NCBI GenBank assembly: GCA_964016885.1
Contig: OZ024744.1
Location: forward strand, 78,492,001 to 78,556,000
DNA: 64,000 nt
Source of the DNA: Eledone cirrhosa
Taxonomy: Eukaryota
Direction of reading: 5' to 3'
The first letter of the stretch is position 1; every line of letters begins with the position of its first letter. Positions 12,391 through 26,136 of this stretch are shown piece after piece. The notes under the pieces are model-generated. The model searched no databases, was not told the DNA's origin, and worked only from the letters and a program-made list of their open reading frames with translations. Both the position numbers and the translations under genes were made by a program.

Positions 12391-12699
12391 AAAGTGAAAC
12401 CTACAGCCAGTAGGCACCTCTTAATCAAATATACACCCCAATCCACTACCCCTACCTTATCCTCCCACTCCCACCAACACCACCCTCTCTCTGTAAAGTT
12501 GGTACCACAACATCCAAACAATTGAGATAATGAGATTGAGATCGTGTAGGTGTCACGACAAAAAAACGCACAGTCTATGCTGTAATGTGGTTGTGTAGGT
12601 AACACGGTAAAAAGTTCCATGTTCCACACTGTAAATGTGGTTGGTGTTAGGAAGGGCATCCAGCCATAGAAAAGCTGCCAGATAGTCCTATACGAGCAA

Positions 12700-13948
12700 C
12701 ACTACTTTAATTTTTTAAGATTTATTTATCAAACTTGGGTCAGTTTGTCTTCATGACTTGTTCTTTTGATCTCACTCGATAAACCCGCCATTGGCTTTGA
12801 TGACGACATCAAGGCGGCCTCGGAACTGGCTACAGGCCTTCTTCACTGTCCCCCGACTTAGGCCCCTAAAGGCACTTGTAATCCTGGCCTTCAGATCGTC
12901 TTTCGTATTGCAGCTAGATCTGTTGGTGTCTTGTTCCACTGCGCCCCACACAAAGAAGTCGAGGGGGTTGCGAGCTGGGAGGCCAGATGTCAGGTGAAGT
13001 GTGGTCGACGAAGTTCTCTGTCAGCCAGGCTTGGGTCTTTCAGCTGGTATGGCAGGGCGCTGAGTCTTGCTGCCACACGTACGGCCTACCTGCAGCTACC
13101 TGGTCGATCCAGGGCTTTACTACCTCACTCAGAACGCGGATGTTGCCATCGATGTTCAGATTGAGGCCCTCAGGGAAGAAGTGAGGTGGCATGACGTCAC
13201 CTTGACTGCTGACGACACCTAAGACCAATGTTGTCGCTGGAAACTTTGTCTGCATGACTCTGGGCACGTCTTTGGATGAGACAGCGAGCCACCTGTTGTT
13301 CTGGGAGTTGATCTTCTGGTCTTGGCAAAAGTTTTTCTCGTTGGAGAAAAACCACAGCATGTCTGGCTCCAGTGGGTGTTTCAACTTGTTGATCAGTTTC
13401 TTTGCGTGCTTCAGTCGCTTTTCTTGCATCGCCTTTGACAGAAATTGTCCTTTCCTCATCTTGTATGAAACGTAGCGAATGTCTTCATGTACCACCAGCC
13501 TAATGAGCTTTTCATCCACGCCTTTCTCCCTTGCAATGGCATGCATCGACTTGCTAGGTTCATTGTTGATGATATCCTGAACTTCAGCGACGAACTCGCG
13601 CGTTCTGAAGGCGTCAGATCGTCGATCATTTGTTTTCCTCTCTGATGTTGCTTCGTAGTCGAATCCTGAATCTTCCAATTCCTTTCTGACCTTTTCCACC
13701 ATTCTCCTGCTGACGCTGAGAAAGACTGAAATGTCCTTATTTGTCCTCCCGGCGCGGATTCCAAGAACAACTCCGTGTCTCTTCCACAAATTTGGAGGTT
13801 CAAAATTATTCTTAATCAATTATTCTGAAAATAAATAATGGCAATATAGTCACTGTTTTTATGAAGACAAGAGTGACAACGGAAGTAAAAAATATTTGCA
13901 TAAAATTAACAGTTAAAAATTGCGAACAAATATCGTCCGCACCCTGTA
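12700..13948 (-). mobile_element. Tc1/mariner maT (DD37D-like) transposon, inactive
   Basis: ORF 13040-13819 with FFSNEKNF (D to N), VMPPHFF, WQQDSAPCH, then stop and WPPSS; right end TA-CAGGGTG; left TIR truncated. Confidence 0.88.
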
Positions 13949-14315
13949 TATATATATATCATCATCATCATCACCATCATTTAATGTCCTTTTCTCCATG
14001 CTAATCCTAGATGGGTGGCCCCGTTTGGGGCAAGTTGGGTCCAGTGACTCCAGAACTGTTTCTGGCCTAGTTTCTACGGTTGTCTACAACATTTACAGTG
14101 TGTGGTGGGTACTTTTTGTTGTGACTCCTACATGACCACTTTATAGTGTAGGCTGGGTACTTTTTGTTGTGACTCCTACAAGACCACTTTATAGTGTAGG
14201 CTGGATACTTTTTATCATGACACCTATACAACCAAATTAGTGTAGGCTGGGTGCTTTTTGCTGTGTCGCCATCACAACCACTTTATAGTGAAAGCTGGGC
14301 GACTTTTGTCATATC

Positions 14316-14352
<37 letters not shown>

Positions 14353-14684
14353 GGTGTTTATGAAAGCATATTCTATGTTTCTTTGCTATCAATGAAAACT
14401 ATTTTTTTCTATTTTTTCTCTGTGAACATGTCACAGATTGTCAGTAACAGTCAGTAATATCAGACAGCACTATTTCAAGATTTGACAGTCTTTCATCAGT
14501 GCCATTCACTCAGCCAATTCTGACATGAAAATTGACTAAAGTCTATATAGATTCTGTGTGATGAACATTTGCTGGAGATGCTCATTTGCATATAGTGTAA
14601 ACTTGGTTGGTTAATTGACCGTAAAACTAAGACAATAGCATAATAGGTGTGAGTGTGAAAAATAGAGAAAAATAATTTTTTCCA

Positions 14685-14945
14685 TTTGAGAGATCACAGC
14701 TCCGATACTATGGGCATGTGGTTAGAATGTCTCAGGAAAGATTCGCTGGACAGATTTTACGAGTGAAACCAACCGGCAAGAGACCCAGAGGTAGACCTCG
14801 AGTAAGATGGCTGGATAACATCCATAAGCTTGACTGGTCTCTCTTGGATATACAGCTGGATCAGTTGGAGATGGTTGCTTCTGACAGGACCTGCTGGAAG
14901 GAGTGTTGGACGATTCTGCTCCCACGTCTCTCTCAGAAATAAGTG
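14685..14945 (+). mobile_element. RTE-like LINE C-terminal fragment (related copy ~49985-50550)
   Basis: SQLRYYGHVVRMSQER..KPTGKRPRGRPRVRWLD. Confidence 0.75.
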
Positions 14946-15094
14946 GGTGAAGAGAAATAAGAAGATGAAAAAAAAAATTTCTTTGATAGCCTGGCTACCA
15001 ATATGTTTATTGTATATAAACATATAGTATATACTTTCATATACACCCCTATTATGTCACTGCCTTATATATCTACATATATATATATATATTA

Positions 15095-15762
15095 AAATAA
15101 TAATAATAATTGTGTACACTACAACTCATCAAAGGTGCATGTATAGTACATAGAATAATGTACAAATGTCAGGAAAATGAACAGTGTATGAGTCATGGTA
15201 TACATGTGTGCGTGTGTATGGAGGGAAGATATCAGGTATAGTGTTGGTGAATTTCAGGAAGAATGGAGGTTTTAAAGGATGCAGTGTCTCAACAGCTAAC
15301 AACTGATGCAGGTAGTTAATTCCATGCTTCAGCAACTCTTGAACGTGAAAAAATGTTTCCGAAAGTCACGGGAGTTGAACTGTTTTCTAACTTTGTAGGC
15401 ATGCCCACGTATTTTAGACACATGGAAATCAAAAAGGTGCTCAGGGTTGTTGTTAGCAAGATGGTTAATAATTTTGTGCATGTCAGTTGCCAGACGTCAG
15501 AGCTTCAATGTATCCATGCCCAGGGAAGCAAGGCGTTCAGTGTATGGTACAGGGAGGGTATTCGCTTGGTTAAACGTCTCTGAACAGTTTCCAGGCGGTC
15601 AATGTTCTGAGCAAGATAGGCGTTCTAGACTGTGATGCAAATTCTAAGTGTGGCAATAGCATAGCTATATACAGCATTAAATAGATAGCTGTAGAGTGGC
15701 TGACAAAGGTCTTGCTGAGTGATGCTAAGACACCCTCGGCCTTCTTGACAATTTTAGAGAGA
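15095..15762 (-). mobile_element. Shorter, more decayed copy of the same CR1-group LINE
   Basis: Co-linear with 8620-9325 including 3' UTR and tail. Confidence 0.9.
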
Positions 15763-16614
15763 CATACATACATTCTCTTGAAGCTTCCATTAGGTTAACA
15801 TCTCCTCCAACTGACACGGTTTCTTTTATCCTGCTACCTCCTTGTGTTGGTTACCTTAGTTTTTGTCATTGTGGCTGTCGTCCAAACCCCTTGCCCCTGT
15901 TCACTCTATATTTACCCCTGATCCACACACACACACACACACGTGCGCGCTCTTTCTCTCTTTCTATTCATCTTCACTCTCTTTCCATTCCCCTTTACTT
16001 CCATATCTCACTGACACTCTCTCTTTACTACTATGTATCTCTTTCTCTTTTTCTTCTTCAATCTCTCCATTCCTCTCTCTTTACTTCTATATCTCTCATT
16101 CACACTCCCTTTCCTCTTTACTTCTATATCTCTCACTCACACGCTCTCACCATTCCTCTTGCTCCCTCATTGCATTATTTTCTCATCTTCTCTGCCTGTC
16201 TATCTCTAACTTATGTTGTGAAATTTTCTACTTTCTATTTGTTGACTCATATGAATTGCCTACACAAGCACAAACATTCATGCCTTGCAGTATTTAGTTA
16301 TGGCTTTTTTATGTTCTGAGTTCAAATCCTGCTGAGGTCAACTTTGTCTTTCATCCTTCTGGAATCAATAAAATGAAGTATCAGTCAAATACTAACATCA
16401 ATTTAATTGATTACTTCCCACTCCCAATTTCACAATTTGAGCCTATCTTAGAGGAAGACTGAAAAAAAAACACCCTTAGTAGCAGGGGTTAGAGCTGATC
16501 TCAATATACTGAATCTCCCAGTGGAAATGAGGAAGGAATGCTGCATGTGGAAGGAGGTTGTGCTGGGAAGGATCCATGCAAGTGACAAGATGGATGTAAA
16601 TAGGTTTCATTCAA

Positions 16615-17132
16615 GCCATTTACTTCTCTACTGATTCTGATATAAGAACCAGATCGTCATCATAGAGAAGTTCCCATGGACAGCCAGTCTTAAACTCCTC
16701 TGTTATGGCTTGGAGGACTATAATGAACAAGAGCAGGCTGAGGACCGAACCCTGATTTACTCCTACTTGTATCTGGAATTCCTCACTAAACTCCATTCCT
16801 ACCCTCACTTTACTGAGAGTACCTCTGTAGATAGCGTGCTCTGTCCTCACAAGCCATTCCTCAACACCCAGCTTCCTTAGGGACCACCGGATGACAGATG
16901 GGGGTACCCTATCAAAGGCCTTCTCTAGGTCAACAAAAGCTAAGTATAGTGGCTTATTCTTCTCTAAGAACCTCTCTTGTAGTTGTCTCACTAAGAAAAG
17001 GGCATCTGTTGTACTTTTTCCAGACACAAAACCAAACTGCATCTCATCTAGTTTGACCCTTTCTCTGAATAGTTGCACTAATATTCTTTCTGCCACTTTC
17101 ATAACCTGATCCATCAGTTTTATGCCTCTATA
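16615..17132 (-). mobile_element. RTE LINE RT-core fragment
   Basis: YRGIKL, QFGF, STTDALF, AFVDLEKAFDRVP, QGSVLS, LLYDDDL. Confidence 0.9.
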
Positions 17133-19338
17133 ACAAACAAAAGTACACTTGAATGTGAATGTTGTATGTAAAGGATGGATAAACAAACAGGCAGGCAGGC
17201 AGATAGACAAACAGACACAAATTACATTAGGGTGGCTAGTTGAGAATTATAGAACTGAGGAGTAAAGAAAATTGATATGTAACTAGAAGTGGGAGGATAT
17301 TGAGCAGTGAAGTCTTAAAGACAGATATATATTTTCCAATATTTCACGCATGCTATTCACAACACTTGATCTATGGGGTTGTAGGATAATACTGGAAAAA
17401 TAGTTGAGTACATTTAGTGACAATTGTTGTTGTTGTTGTTGTTTAACCTTTGGTCAGTCCTGATCTAGCAGACCAATGATCAAACATTTTCCAACTGTCT
17501 CTGGGTTGTGTATTGCCAGAAATGGAGAGTTGGCAGCTGAGTTTTTACTGCCCCCTATAAACATGCTCTATATCATCATCATCGTTTAACATCCATCTGC
17601 CACTCTAGCATGGCTAGGATGGTCGGTTTGTGAGGGATCAGGTTGGGGGACCGTGAATTCGCTCACACAGAACTGTTCTTGCTAGGTTTCTACAGCAGGA
17701 TGCTCTTCCGTACTCCAACCACATTTACAGTGTATGCTGGGTGCTTTTTGCCATGTCACCTATACGACCACTTTACAGTGTTGACTGGGTGCTTTTTTTT
17801 TGTGACACCTACACGATCACTTTACAGTGTTGGCTGGGTGCTTTTTGTCATGACACCTACATGACCACTTTACAGTGCGGGCTAGGTGGATTTTGTTGTG
17901 ACACCTACATGACCACTTTATATGATGTGTGCAATACAATCACCAATTTTCTTCCAGCTTCTTGCTTTCCTGACCCCTACAATTTGTAAAAATTCAAAAG
18001 TGATATATAAATCATCTTTCACCTTGAATTATGTTCTCTGATTTGTCCTTTCCATTCTCAGTAACCCCTTGCATTTTAGTGGCTTTATTGCCTTGTTTGT
18101 GGGGAGCAAAAAACAAGCAAACAAGAATTCCCCTTTGAAGTATCTTCGTCATGGCACTGGCACCACTAAATCAATGTAGGTGTAAAGGTGTCAGTAGAGT
18201 ACTATAATTGTTCAAACTGTTCACCTAAATATTCCAGTATGTATCTGCTTTGGGATCCTGCAGCTACTGTTGGTATTGACCTCTACATCTGTAAGTAACT
18301 TAAGGCAAATCTCTCTCTTCTATGAAATCCAAGACATGTCTGTCTTGATATTTGGCATTTACTGGTAGCGTTGACCTCTACATCTGTAAGTAGCTTAAGG
18401 CAAGTCTGTCATCATCATTGTTTAACATCTATATTCCATGCTTGCATGGTTTAGACAGGTTGTCATGTTATGAGAAAAGTCAGATCAGGTGGCCATATCT
18501 TGCTCATATGGAACTGTATTATGGCTTGGTTCCTACAGCTAGATGCCTTCCTAAAGCCAAACACATTAGAGTGTGGACTGGGTGCTTTTTATAGTGGCAC
18601 CAAAACGACCATCTAACATTGTGGACAGGGTGCTTTTTCATTTTGTCAGTAGCACAACCACCTTACAGGGTAAAATGGGCACTTTTTGTCATGTCACCAA
18701 CATGACCACTTTACAGGGTGGACTTTATGCTTTTGTTGTTGTGGCACCAGCTCTGTCACGATATAGAATAAAGTGATTTTTGTCATGACAGCAACATTGT
18801 GGGAGAGCAGATGTGAAGCATGTCCAGCTTTCCATACTTGTATGCATGGGTTGGACAGAAGAGGTGTGTCAATGAAATTGTCAACTAACCTTGATTTCCA
18901 GCTCAACACACTCAAACTAATCTTCGTTTTCACGTTTTCCAGCACATTTTAAAATGTACAGAGATTTCTGAGTCTATGACATGACTAAACATTCACACTA
19001 TGCTAAATGTATATGTAAAATATGTAGCAGCTGTTATGTATGTCTGTATTGGATATCAATAGAGAGTGTTGGTTAATATTTTAATATTTGATATCTTTGT
19101 TTGTCAGTCTTTTAAATCTTGTAGAATTTCCAGATTTTGAACTTTTAACTAAATTCTTTCGGTAATTTATTCATTTGGACATGTTTTGTTAAGAATATGT
19201 TAAAAGAGTAAACACCATCAAAAGATACGCAAGTAACAATAAGGATGATGATAGTGATGAAGAAGATTTCTTAATTAAGGAACATTTTGGAAGAGACAAA
19301 TATATTGCTGATACTTATTTTATGTTATTATTTTCAAG

Positions 19339-19530
19339 GGCGGTGGATTGGCAGTATCGGTAGAGGGTCGGACACCATGCTTTTCAGCATAGTTACGTCC
19401 CTTTACGGTCTGAGTTCAAATCCCGTCGAGGTTAACTTTGCCGTTCATCCTTACGGGGGGTCGATAAAATAAAGTACCAGTAATACACTGGGATAATTGC
19501 TGGCCTTGTGCCAAATGTAGAAACAATTAT
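19339..19530 (+). mobile_element. Second tRNA-derived SINE family (other copies ~1498-1650, 30150-30275, 32184-32367, 45920-46103, 50846-51495 cluster, 53560-53915)
   Basis: TGGCAGTATCGG / GAGTTCAAATCC boxes, central GCCTTTCATCCTTACGGGGTCGATAAAATAAAGTACCA block, (ATT)n tail. Confidence 0.8.
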
Positions 19531-20405
19531 TTTCAAGATGTCCATATATGGGATATGCCATCATTTCCTTTTTTAGATCTTTAACCCTTTCATTATCATA
19601 TTTCTAATGAAAGACACTGCCTATGATTTTCAATTAAGTTTGAAAACACTCAAGAATTTAGGGGGATTTAAGCAATATAACTAACTTTCTTCTTATTAAG
19701 CTGATGTTTGGAACATAACTTAACAAAGGTGCTTACATAAAGTTATGGTGGGAGGTTTTTAGATAGATATAAATAACCCATCCCTTGCCAGCAGGGAAAA
19801 ACAGATGTTAAATGTTGATAATGATGAAGAGAATCAGGGCTGATTTTAGGCAGTTTGGTATCAAAATAAGCAGTGCACAGTGTGGGGCTTATAGGGGGTT
19901 CTTGGAAAGAAAAGTGTGGAAGAGCTTGCTGTTCTTAGAATGGTCAATAATGACCCCCTTGAAGGAGTAGGGAGTTTCATAGAAATGCTGTAGATAAGGA
20001 AAGAGAATTGAGTGATGCAAAAGCAGAGAGAGAGAGAGAGATAGCTTAATACATTATGTTAACCAAAGTGAGATATAAATTGTGGATATTAAGGCACTGT
20101 TTTTTTACAGTTGTCAGTTATTTCCTTTCTTCAGCTTATCAGCCTAATCATTAGAACATAAGATAGAATGTTTTGTGGTATTTGTTCCAGCTCTCTCTAC
20201 TCTTGTAAGTTCTAATTCCACCAAGGTGAACTTTGTCTTTCATCCTTTCAAGGTCAATAAAAAAAGTACCAGTCCAGTACTGAGATTGATTCTTCCTCTA
20301 TATCTCTTTCTCACTCGCTTTCTCTTTCTCTGGAAGAAATCTGCTGTGCTCACTCCTGATGAGAGGATGGATTCTGTCAGGTTTAAATGCCCAAGACATA
20401 CTGAT

Positions 20406-20741
20406 GGAGGCACATGGCTTAGTGGTTAGAGCATTGGCCTTGCAATCGAAAGGTTGTGAGTTCAATTCTCAGACCAGGTAATGTGTTGTTTCCTTGAGCA
20501 AGACACTTTATTTCACATTGCTCCAGTTTACTCAGCTGTAGAAATGAGATGATAGGGACTGGGGTCCATATCATTCCACTGCAAAGTAGTCGTGGAGGTG
20601 CCATGGCAAAAAACCACCCAGCACTCACTGTAAATGAGGTTGGTGTTAGGAAGGGCATCCAGCTGTAGAAATCAAGCCAGAATCAGTTCTCGTCCCACCC
20701 TTGCAAGCAGGGAAAAGCGGACGTAAAGTGATGATGATGAT
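20406..20741 (+). mobile_element. tRNA-derived CORE-SINE with RTE-type tail (young family, copy 1)
   Basis: A box TGGCTTAGTGG, B box GAGTTCAATTC, CORE-like CCTTGAGCAAGACACTT..CAGTTTACTCAGCTGTAGAAATGAG, (GAT)n tail. Confidence 0.88.
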
Positions 20742-21742
20742 ACTGTATGTCACAACAGTATCCCTATGACTCCAGCAGTTATTTCCATTCCTCTGCTTAA
20801 CTAAATGTGTTTGTTGGTTATCATTAAGCTTCATCATCATGACTGTTTAACGTCCATTTTTCCACGCTAGCATTGGTTAGATGAGTTGTCTTGTTGTGAG
20901 AGCTAGGTCAGATGGCTATGTCTTGCTCACACGGAACTGCTTTTTGCTTGATTTCTACAGCTGTATGCCCTTCCTAACACCAACCACATTTACAGTGTGG
21001 GATGGGTGCTTTTTATCGTGATACCTACATGACCACATTACAGTGTGGGCTAGGCACTTTTTGTCATGACACCTACATGACCACTTTACAGCAAGGATTG
21101 GACACTTTTTGTCGTGACACCTTCAACTTTAATAAATTTTAAACTGGGACATATGAATAACCGAGTGTTTGTAAAGTTTATGTTTAAGTGAATTGTTGAT
21201 TAGGAAAATCATAATATTCAGTTGTTGTTTAGTCTCAGGTCTATTCTGATTAATCACACTTACAAACAAATGCATTCCTGACATGAAAGACCATAAATTG
21301 CAGAGGAGTGATGGTAATAGAGCTAGTAATGAATGTTGTTAAAAAAAAGGGAAAGGGATGGTTGAGCATGTGTTGAGGAAAGATGAAAGTAACTGGGTAA
21401 TGAGAGTAGAGCTAGTGGTGAATGTTGTGAAGAGAAATGGAATGAGATGGTTGAGGAAGGATGGAAGTGACTGGGTGAGAGGAGTGGAGGGAATAGAGAT
21501 AATGATATATGCTGGGAAGAGAAATGGAATGGGGTGGTTGGGTCTTGTGTTGAAAGATAAAAGTGACTGGGTGAGAGGAATATAGGCAGTGATGAATGTT
21601 GTGAAGAGAAACAGTATGAGATGGTTGGGTCATGTGTTAAGAAGGATGAAAATAACTGAGAAGAGCGATGGAAATGAATGAGGAAGGGAAGGATCAAGAA
21701 AGACATGGCTGGGCAATAGAGAAAAGTGGAGATGCTTGTTGT

Positions 21743-21960
21743 TTAACCCTTTAGCATTTATATTACTCTATATACATACTAGTATATTTTCATGGTAAAG
21801 GCTTTATTTCACATAATATTGAATCTATGAGATTTTTATATTATTTATTATGAGAACAATACCTCAACATCAGTATGAGCAGTCGGTTACGACCAGTTTG
21901 AACAGAAAGAGGGGAGAGAATTTTGGCCAGATACGGCTGGTTTAAATGCTAAAGGGTTAA
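21743..21960. mobile_element. piggyBac-type MITE (other copies 24828-24997, 29134-29349, 31258-31428, ~33984-34092, 39377-39581, 40239-40463, ~48707-49064)
   Basis: TTAA-CCCTTTAGCATTTA ... TAAATGCTAAAGGG-TTAA termini and shared interior. Confidence 0.88.
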
Positions 21961-22674
21961 AACATATATGATATTTAGCTGTTGTTTAATCCCAAGTCAG
22001 GCCTGTTTAAGCAGACCTTCGAGGAAATGTACACCAGTCATGAAACCATCTCACCTTTTTGTATATTCAAGAGTACATTAGCTAATGTACATTCTCTGTT
22101 TATAAAACAGTATGATGTTATTCAGGGGAATTTGACTGCTATTTCTATCACCTCTAGCAATAGTATAAAGGCTTACATCTTGGCTTGTTTTTATATTTAG
22201 TAAATGCTTAAAGTTCAATTGTGTTGTTGCTGTTGTTGGTCAGTGTAACTACTTCTTTTTATCAGTGTTCTTTCATAAGACAAATTGTTGCTGTTGCTAC
22301 TACCACCACCACCACCACCACCACTGCTATTGCTGCTGCCATGGATATATTTGGATGCATATTGGCTAAGTGATTAAGTATACTTTGCAGTTATGAGGTC
22401 CCAGGTACAATCCCAGAGCATGACATTTTGAGAAAGTGTCTTTTACCATAGCCTTTGGTTACCGCATGTCTTGTAAGTAGAATTGAGTAGAAGGGAAAGG
22501 TTTGGTAACCTGACAGGTGGACTGTACCTGTAATTCAAAAGGATTCTACCTGAAAATGAATGTTAACGGAGCATGTGTCTATGGAATACTCAACCACTTA
22601 CATGTGTCAGACAAGCAGTTGATCTAACAATGGAACGCAGATTGTTAAAACCAAATAGAGGATCTTTCTTCATC

Positions 22675-22902
22675 TACTAAAATCCCAGAATATTTTATAT
22701 CCCGAATCTACCTACTGCTGCTGTATCAGCTATAATAGCTACTATAATACCAGAATATTTCATACCCTGAATCTACCTACTACTACTGTATCAGCTATAA
22801 TAGCTACTAAAATCCCAGAATATTTCATATCCCGAATCTACCTACTACTACTGTATCAGCTATAATAGCTACTAAAATACCAGTATATTTCATACCCTGA
22901 AT
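22675..22902 (+). repeat. ~65-bp tandem repeat x3.5, ABAB pattern
   Basis: CTACTAAAATCCCAGAATATTT..GAATCTACCTACT..CTGTATCAGCTATAATAG repeated. Confidence 0.92.
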
Positions 22903-22951
22903 TTATTGAATCAACAATGTTTTTATGTTTTGTTTGATTATTAACTTGTAG

Positions 22952-22993
22952 GTTAATTATGAGACCGATCGTTTGATTGCACAGTGTTCATTG
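22952..22993 (+). CDS. Candidate 42-nt HIRA mini-exon (VNYETDRLIAQCSL)
   Basis: T-rich tract + ttgtag acceptor, weak TTG|gtgata donor, phase 0 to 0, 171 nt upstream of the B-domain exon. Confidence 0.3.
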
Positions 22994-23164
22994 GTGATAA
23001 ATATGAAAACTAATAATTGCTCTGGCAGTTGGCATTGGTGAATAGAAGATTAGATCTGATGAATAAATCTGCTTGCTTCTCTGGTTGCTCCTCAAAGGAA
23101 AATAAAGATTTGCCTTTGAACTTTGATTCTATTCAACTTTCCCTTTTTTCCCTTTTATCTACAG

Positions 23165-23250
23165 CCCACCGATAAGCAGATAGAAACCCGAACTGCAGAT
23201 GGAAGACGAAGAATTACTCCGATATATCTTGCTCCCCAACCTGACATGAG
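23165..23250 (+). CDS. HIRA: HIRA exon, ASF1-binding B-domain (PTDKQIETRTADGRRRITPIYLAPQPDM)
   Basis: Pyrimidine tract + ctacag acceptor, AG|gtaagt donor; translation matches the HIRA B-domain motif KQVETRTADGRRRITP; phase 0 to 2. Confidence 0.96.
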
Positions 23251-23269
23251 GTAAGTATAAACTATTGTT

Positions 23270-23656
23270 TGGATGTGTGATGTTAGTATGCATGAATGAT
23301 GACAGGGTGTAGACGAATTAAGTGAAAAATTGGGTATAAGAGGAATCAGATGTAGTGTGGGCAAGAGAGATGACTGCATTGGTATGGACATATGCTATTG
23401 TGGAAGATAGACGTTAAACGATGATGATGATATGAAGTATGGATGCTGAATAAAGAAGTGGAAGGAAGCTGCTGTACAGGAAGACTGAGAAAAACCTGGA
23501 CAGATGTGGTTAGAACTGATCTCAAAACTCTCAAAATGTTGAACCTCAGAAAAGAGGTGACAAAGGAATTCTACAAGTGGAATGAGGCTGTGTTGGAAAG
23601 GGCCAAACCAACCCATGTAAGCATGGAAGAACTGGTGTAAAATCTTGATGATGACT
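23270..23656 (+). mobile_element. RTE LINE 3' fragment 20 bp downstream of the B-domain exon donor
   Basis: WMC..LSEKLGIRGIRC..WYGH..RLRKTW motifs; (GAT)n tail. Confidence 0.75.
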
Positions 23657-25113
23657 ACTAATTACAAGAGGGGTTCAAATCTTATTTCTATGGCCATTCT
23701 GTTGTTTCCAAGCATGTGACATAGCTGTTTTGTTATATTATTTTTTAATGATTTACTCAGGAGGAAGGGGCACTTAACCATGATATTCATTGGCTCTCCT
23801 GCCACTCTAGTGAGATTCATCATCATCATCGTTTAACGTCTATCTTCCACGTTAGCATGGGTTAGACTATTCCTTTTATTACCATATTTCTAATAAAACA
23901 TGCTACCTATATTTCAAATAATTTAGAAAATAATCAAGAATTCGGAGGGATTTAGTAATATAACTAACTTTCTCATTACTAAGTTGATATTTGGAATATA
24001 ACTTAACAAAGGCTCTTACATAAAATGGAATATTTTTAGATGAATATAAACACTTTAACATAAACAACTTTATATCATAGAACCAGGGGCAGTATTAGGA
24101 GTTTAATATGAACAATGTTAATATGGTTATGGTTTAGTTTGGACATCTGTAGGGAAAACATGGTTGGGGTGGGAATTCCAGATGTAGGAAACATGACACA
24201 TAGAAAGTCTATAAGAGAGGAAGTGGGTATAGTATGGGTAACAAGTGAAGGAGAGGCAAGGTGTTGTGTGGCTGTAGTATGCAAGTTCAGTGTCAAATTT
24301 TAAATGTTCCCAATACTTCTTAAGTCAATCTCTTTATTTACACTTCTAATTAAAAAGATAGTTTGTGGCCAGCAACTGTCCACTATCTCTAGTTGCATTT
24401 GACCCTAATTTTATCAACTATTATTTAAAGTGATTGACTATTATTATTATGGTCATTTACATTTGGATGCACACATTCCAAATTACAAATTTTCCCAATG
24501 CTTCTTGGGTCAACTATTGTTTACATATATTTTCTCAAACTGCAATAATATTTTGTTTTATTTATTTATATATATATTTTTTCATACTATGTCTCTAGAG
24601 ATTTCAGAAAATTATATATTTATTGCAAGAAATGTTTACTGTTTACCATTCAATTTTGAAATAAGCATATGTAACCTATTGTCAGTCAGGCAGACTTAGA
24701 TAAGCAGAATTATGTGCCTTTTATTTGGGAGAAGGTAGTTTGCGGAGTGGGGTTTAAATGTTTCACTATTATCTACAGTCTCTTTCTGAGCCACCACAGA
24801 ATACCTCAATTACAATATTGCAACTGTTTAACCCTTTAGCATTTAAACTGGCCATAACTGGCTGCTCATTCATATGTTAAGGTTTTGTTCTCAAAATAAA
24901 TAATATCAAAATCTCAGATTCGATATTATGTGAGATAAAACTTTTACCATGAAAATACAATAGTAAATATAGAGTAATGTAAATGCTAAAGTGTTAAGTT
25001 TCTAAATGTCTCACAATCTGTCGGTCTGTTCTCTCTCTCTCTCTCCCCTCATCCACCTTTTCTTACTTTCTACTCCCCACCACTTTTATAATATTTTTTT
25101 CTCCTTCTTGTAG

Positions 25114-25209
25114 TCAGGGCTGTGATAATGGTGAAATGATGATGCCTTTTGATAGCCAAAACTGCTCAAACAGTGAACCCCGAAAGACAACTGTTGATAC
25201 TTCCTCAAG
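25114..25209 (+). CDS. HIRA: HIRA exon, 96 nt symmetric (SQGCDNGEMMMPFDSQNCSNSEPRKTTVDTSS)
   Basis: tttttttctccttcttgtag acceptor, AAG|gtaagt donor, open in the required frame, phase 2 to 2; no conserved motif recognised. Confidence 0.8.
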
Positions 25210-26136
25210 GTAAGTTAAATAACTAAACTTTTACTTGTGTCTCGTAGATGCTTCTTGTACAAGAGTGTGAAACAAAATAGACATTTACCCTTTTGACCCA
25301 CACAAAATCACCTATTTCTATGAAACAAAGCCACCTATTTTAAAGGGTTCCTATTTAAATTAAAACCTTCCAATATATTTTTTATATAAGAACATTTTCT
25401 TATGTTACAAATACTATCTGATTATAATTTTAGTCAACATTTCCAAAATTTTTCACTATTTGAAATACAAAGTATTTCATTAGAAATAGGGTAACAAAAT
25501 GATTAAAACATTAATTGTATCTCTGAGGATATTTTTTATAATGGTACTTCCTCTCAAATCTATAATCATTTAATAATTATCTTTTATGATTTAAATATGA
25601 TATTTTTGTAAAACAATGTTCAGGTTTACCTTGTGCAACCTTCCTGTTTTATTACCTTTGGTGCACTACTTCTTGACATACAAACATACATAAATATGAC
25701 TAGTATTTTATATAGTTTTATTAATTTAATTTAAAATATATAAAATAATTCAAATGTAAACAAAGATTCACTGTGATTTTTTGGTGCCTTCAAAAAGATG
25801 AACATGTTTATGTAACTGTTCATGATTGATTTTTATATGTCCTAAAAGGACGAAACATTTGTAAATTAAAATTTGATGTGAATTTGATGCTTGTTTTTTG
25901 GGGGGATGGGGGAGGAGGTTTAAGGAAATATACGTAACCTTATGTACAGTTTATTATAATAAATTACTATATTTTGAGCTGATATAACTTCATCTAATTC
26001 TTTCCAGTTTTTATTTTTGAAAATGAGGTTCTTTATATATATCATCGTTATATATATATACTCAACTAAATCCGTTCATGCATGTATATTTGTGTTCACA
26101 TGTACACAATATGTAGAATATAATTTTTAATTGCAG

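Noticed and set aside
15863-16319. Hydrophobic 142-144 aa ORFs
   Set aside because: Low-complexity CT-rich DNA with no splice or homology support
20406-20475. tRNA gene
   Set aside because: A and B boxes are present but it is the head of a repeated SINE with no complete cloverleaf; the same applies to other copies
25838-25865. GTCC-TAAAA-GGAC-GAAAC hammerhead-like half motif
   Set aside because: No CTGANGA box at the required position
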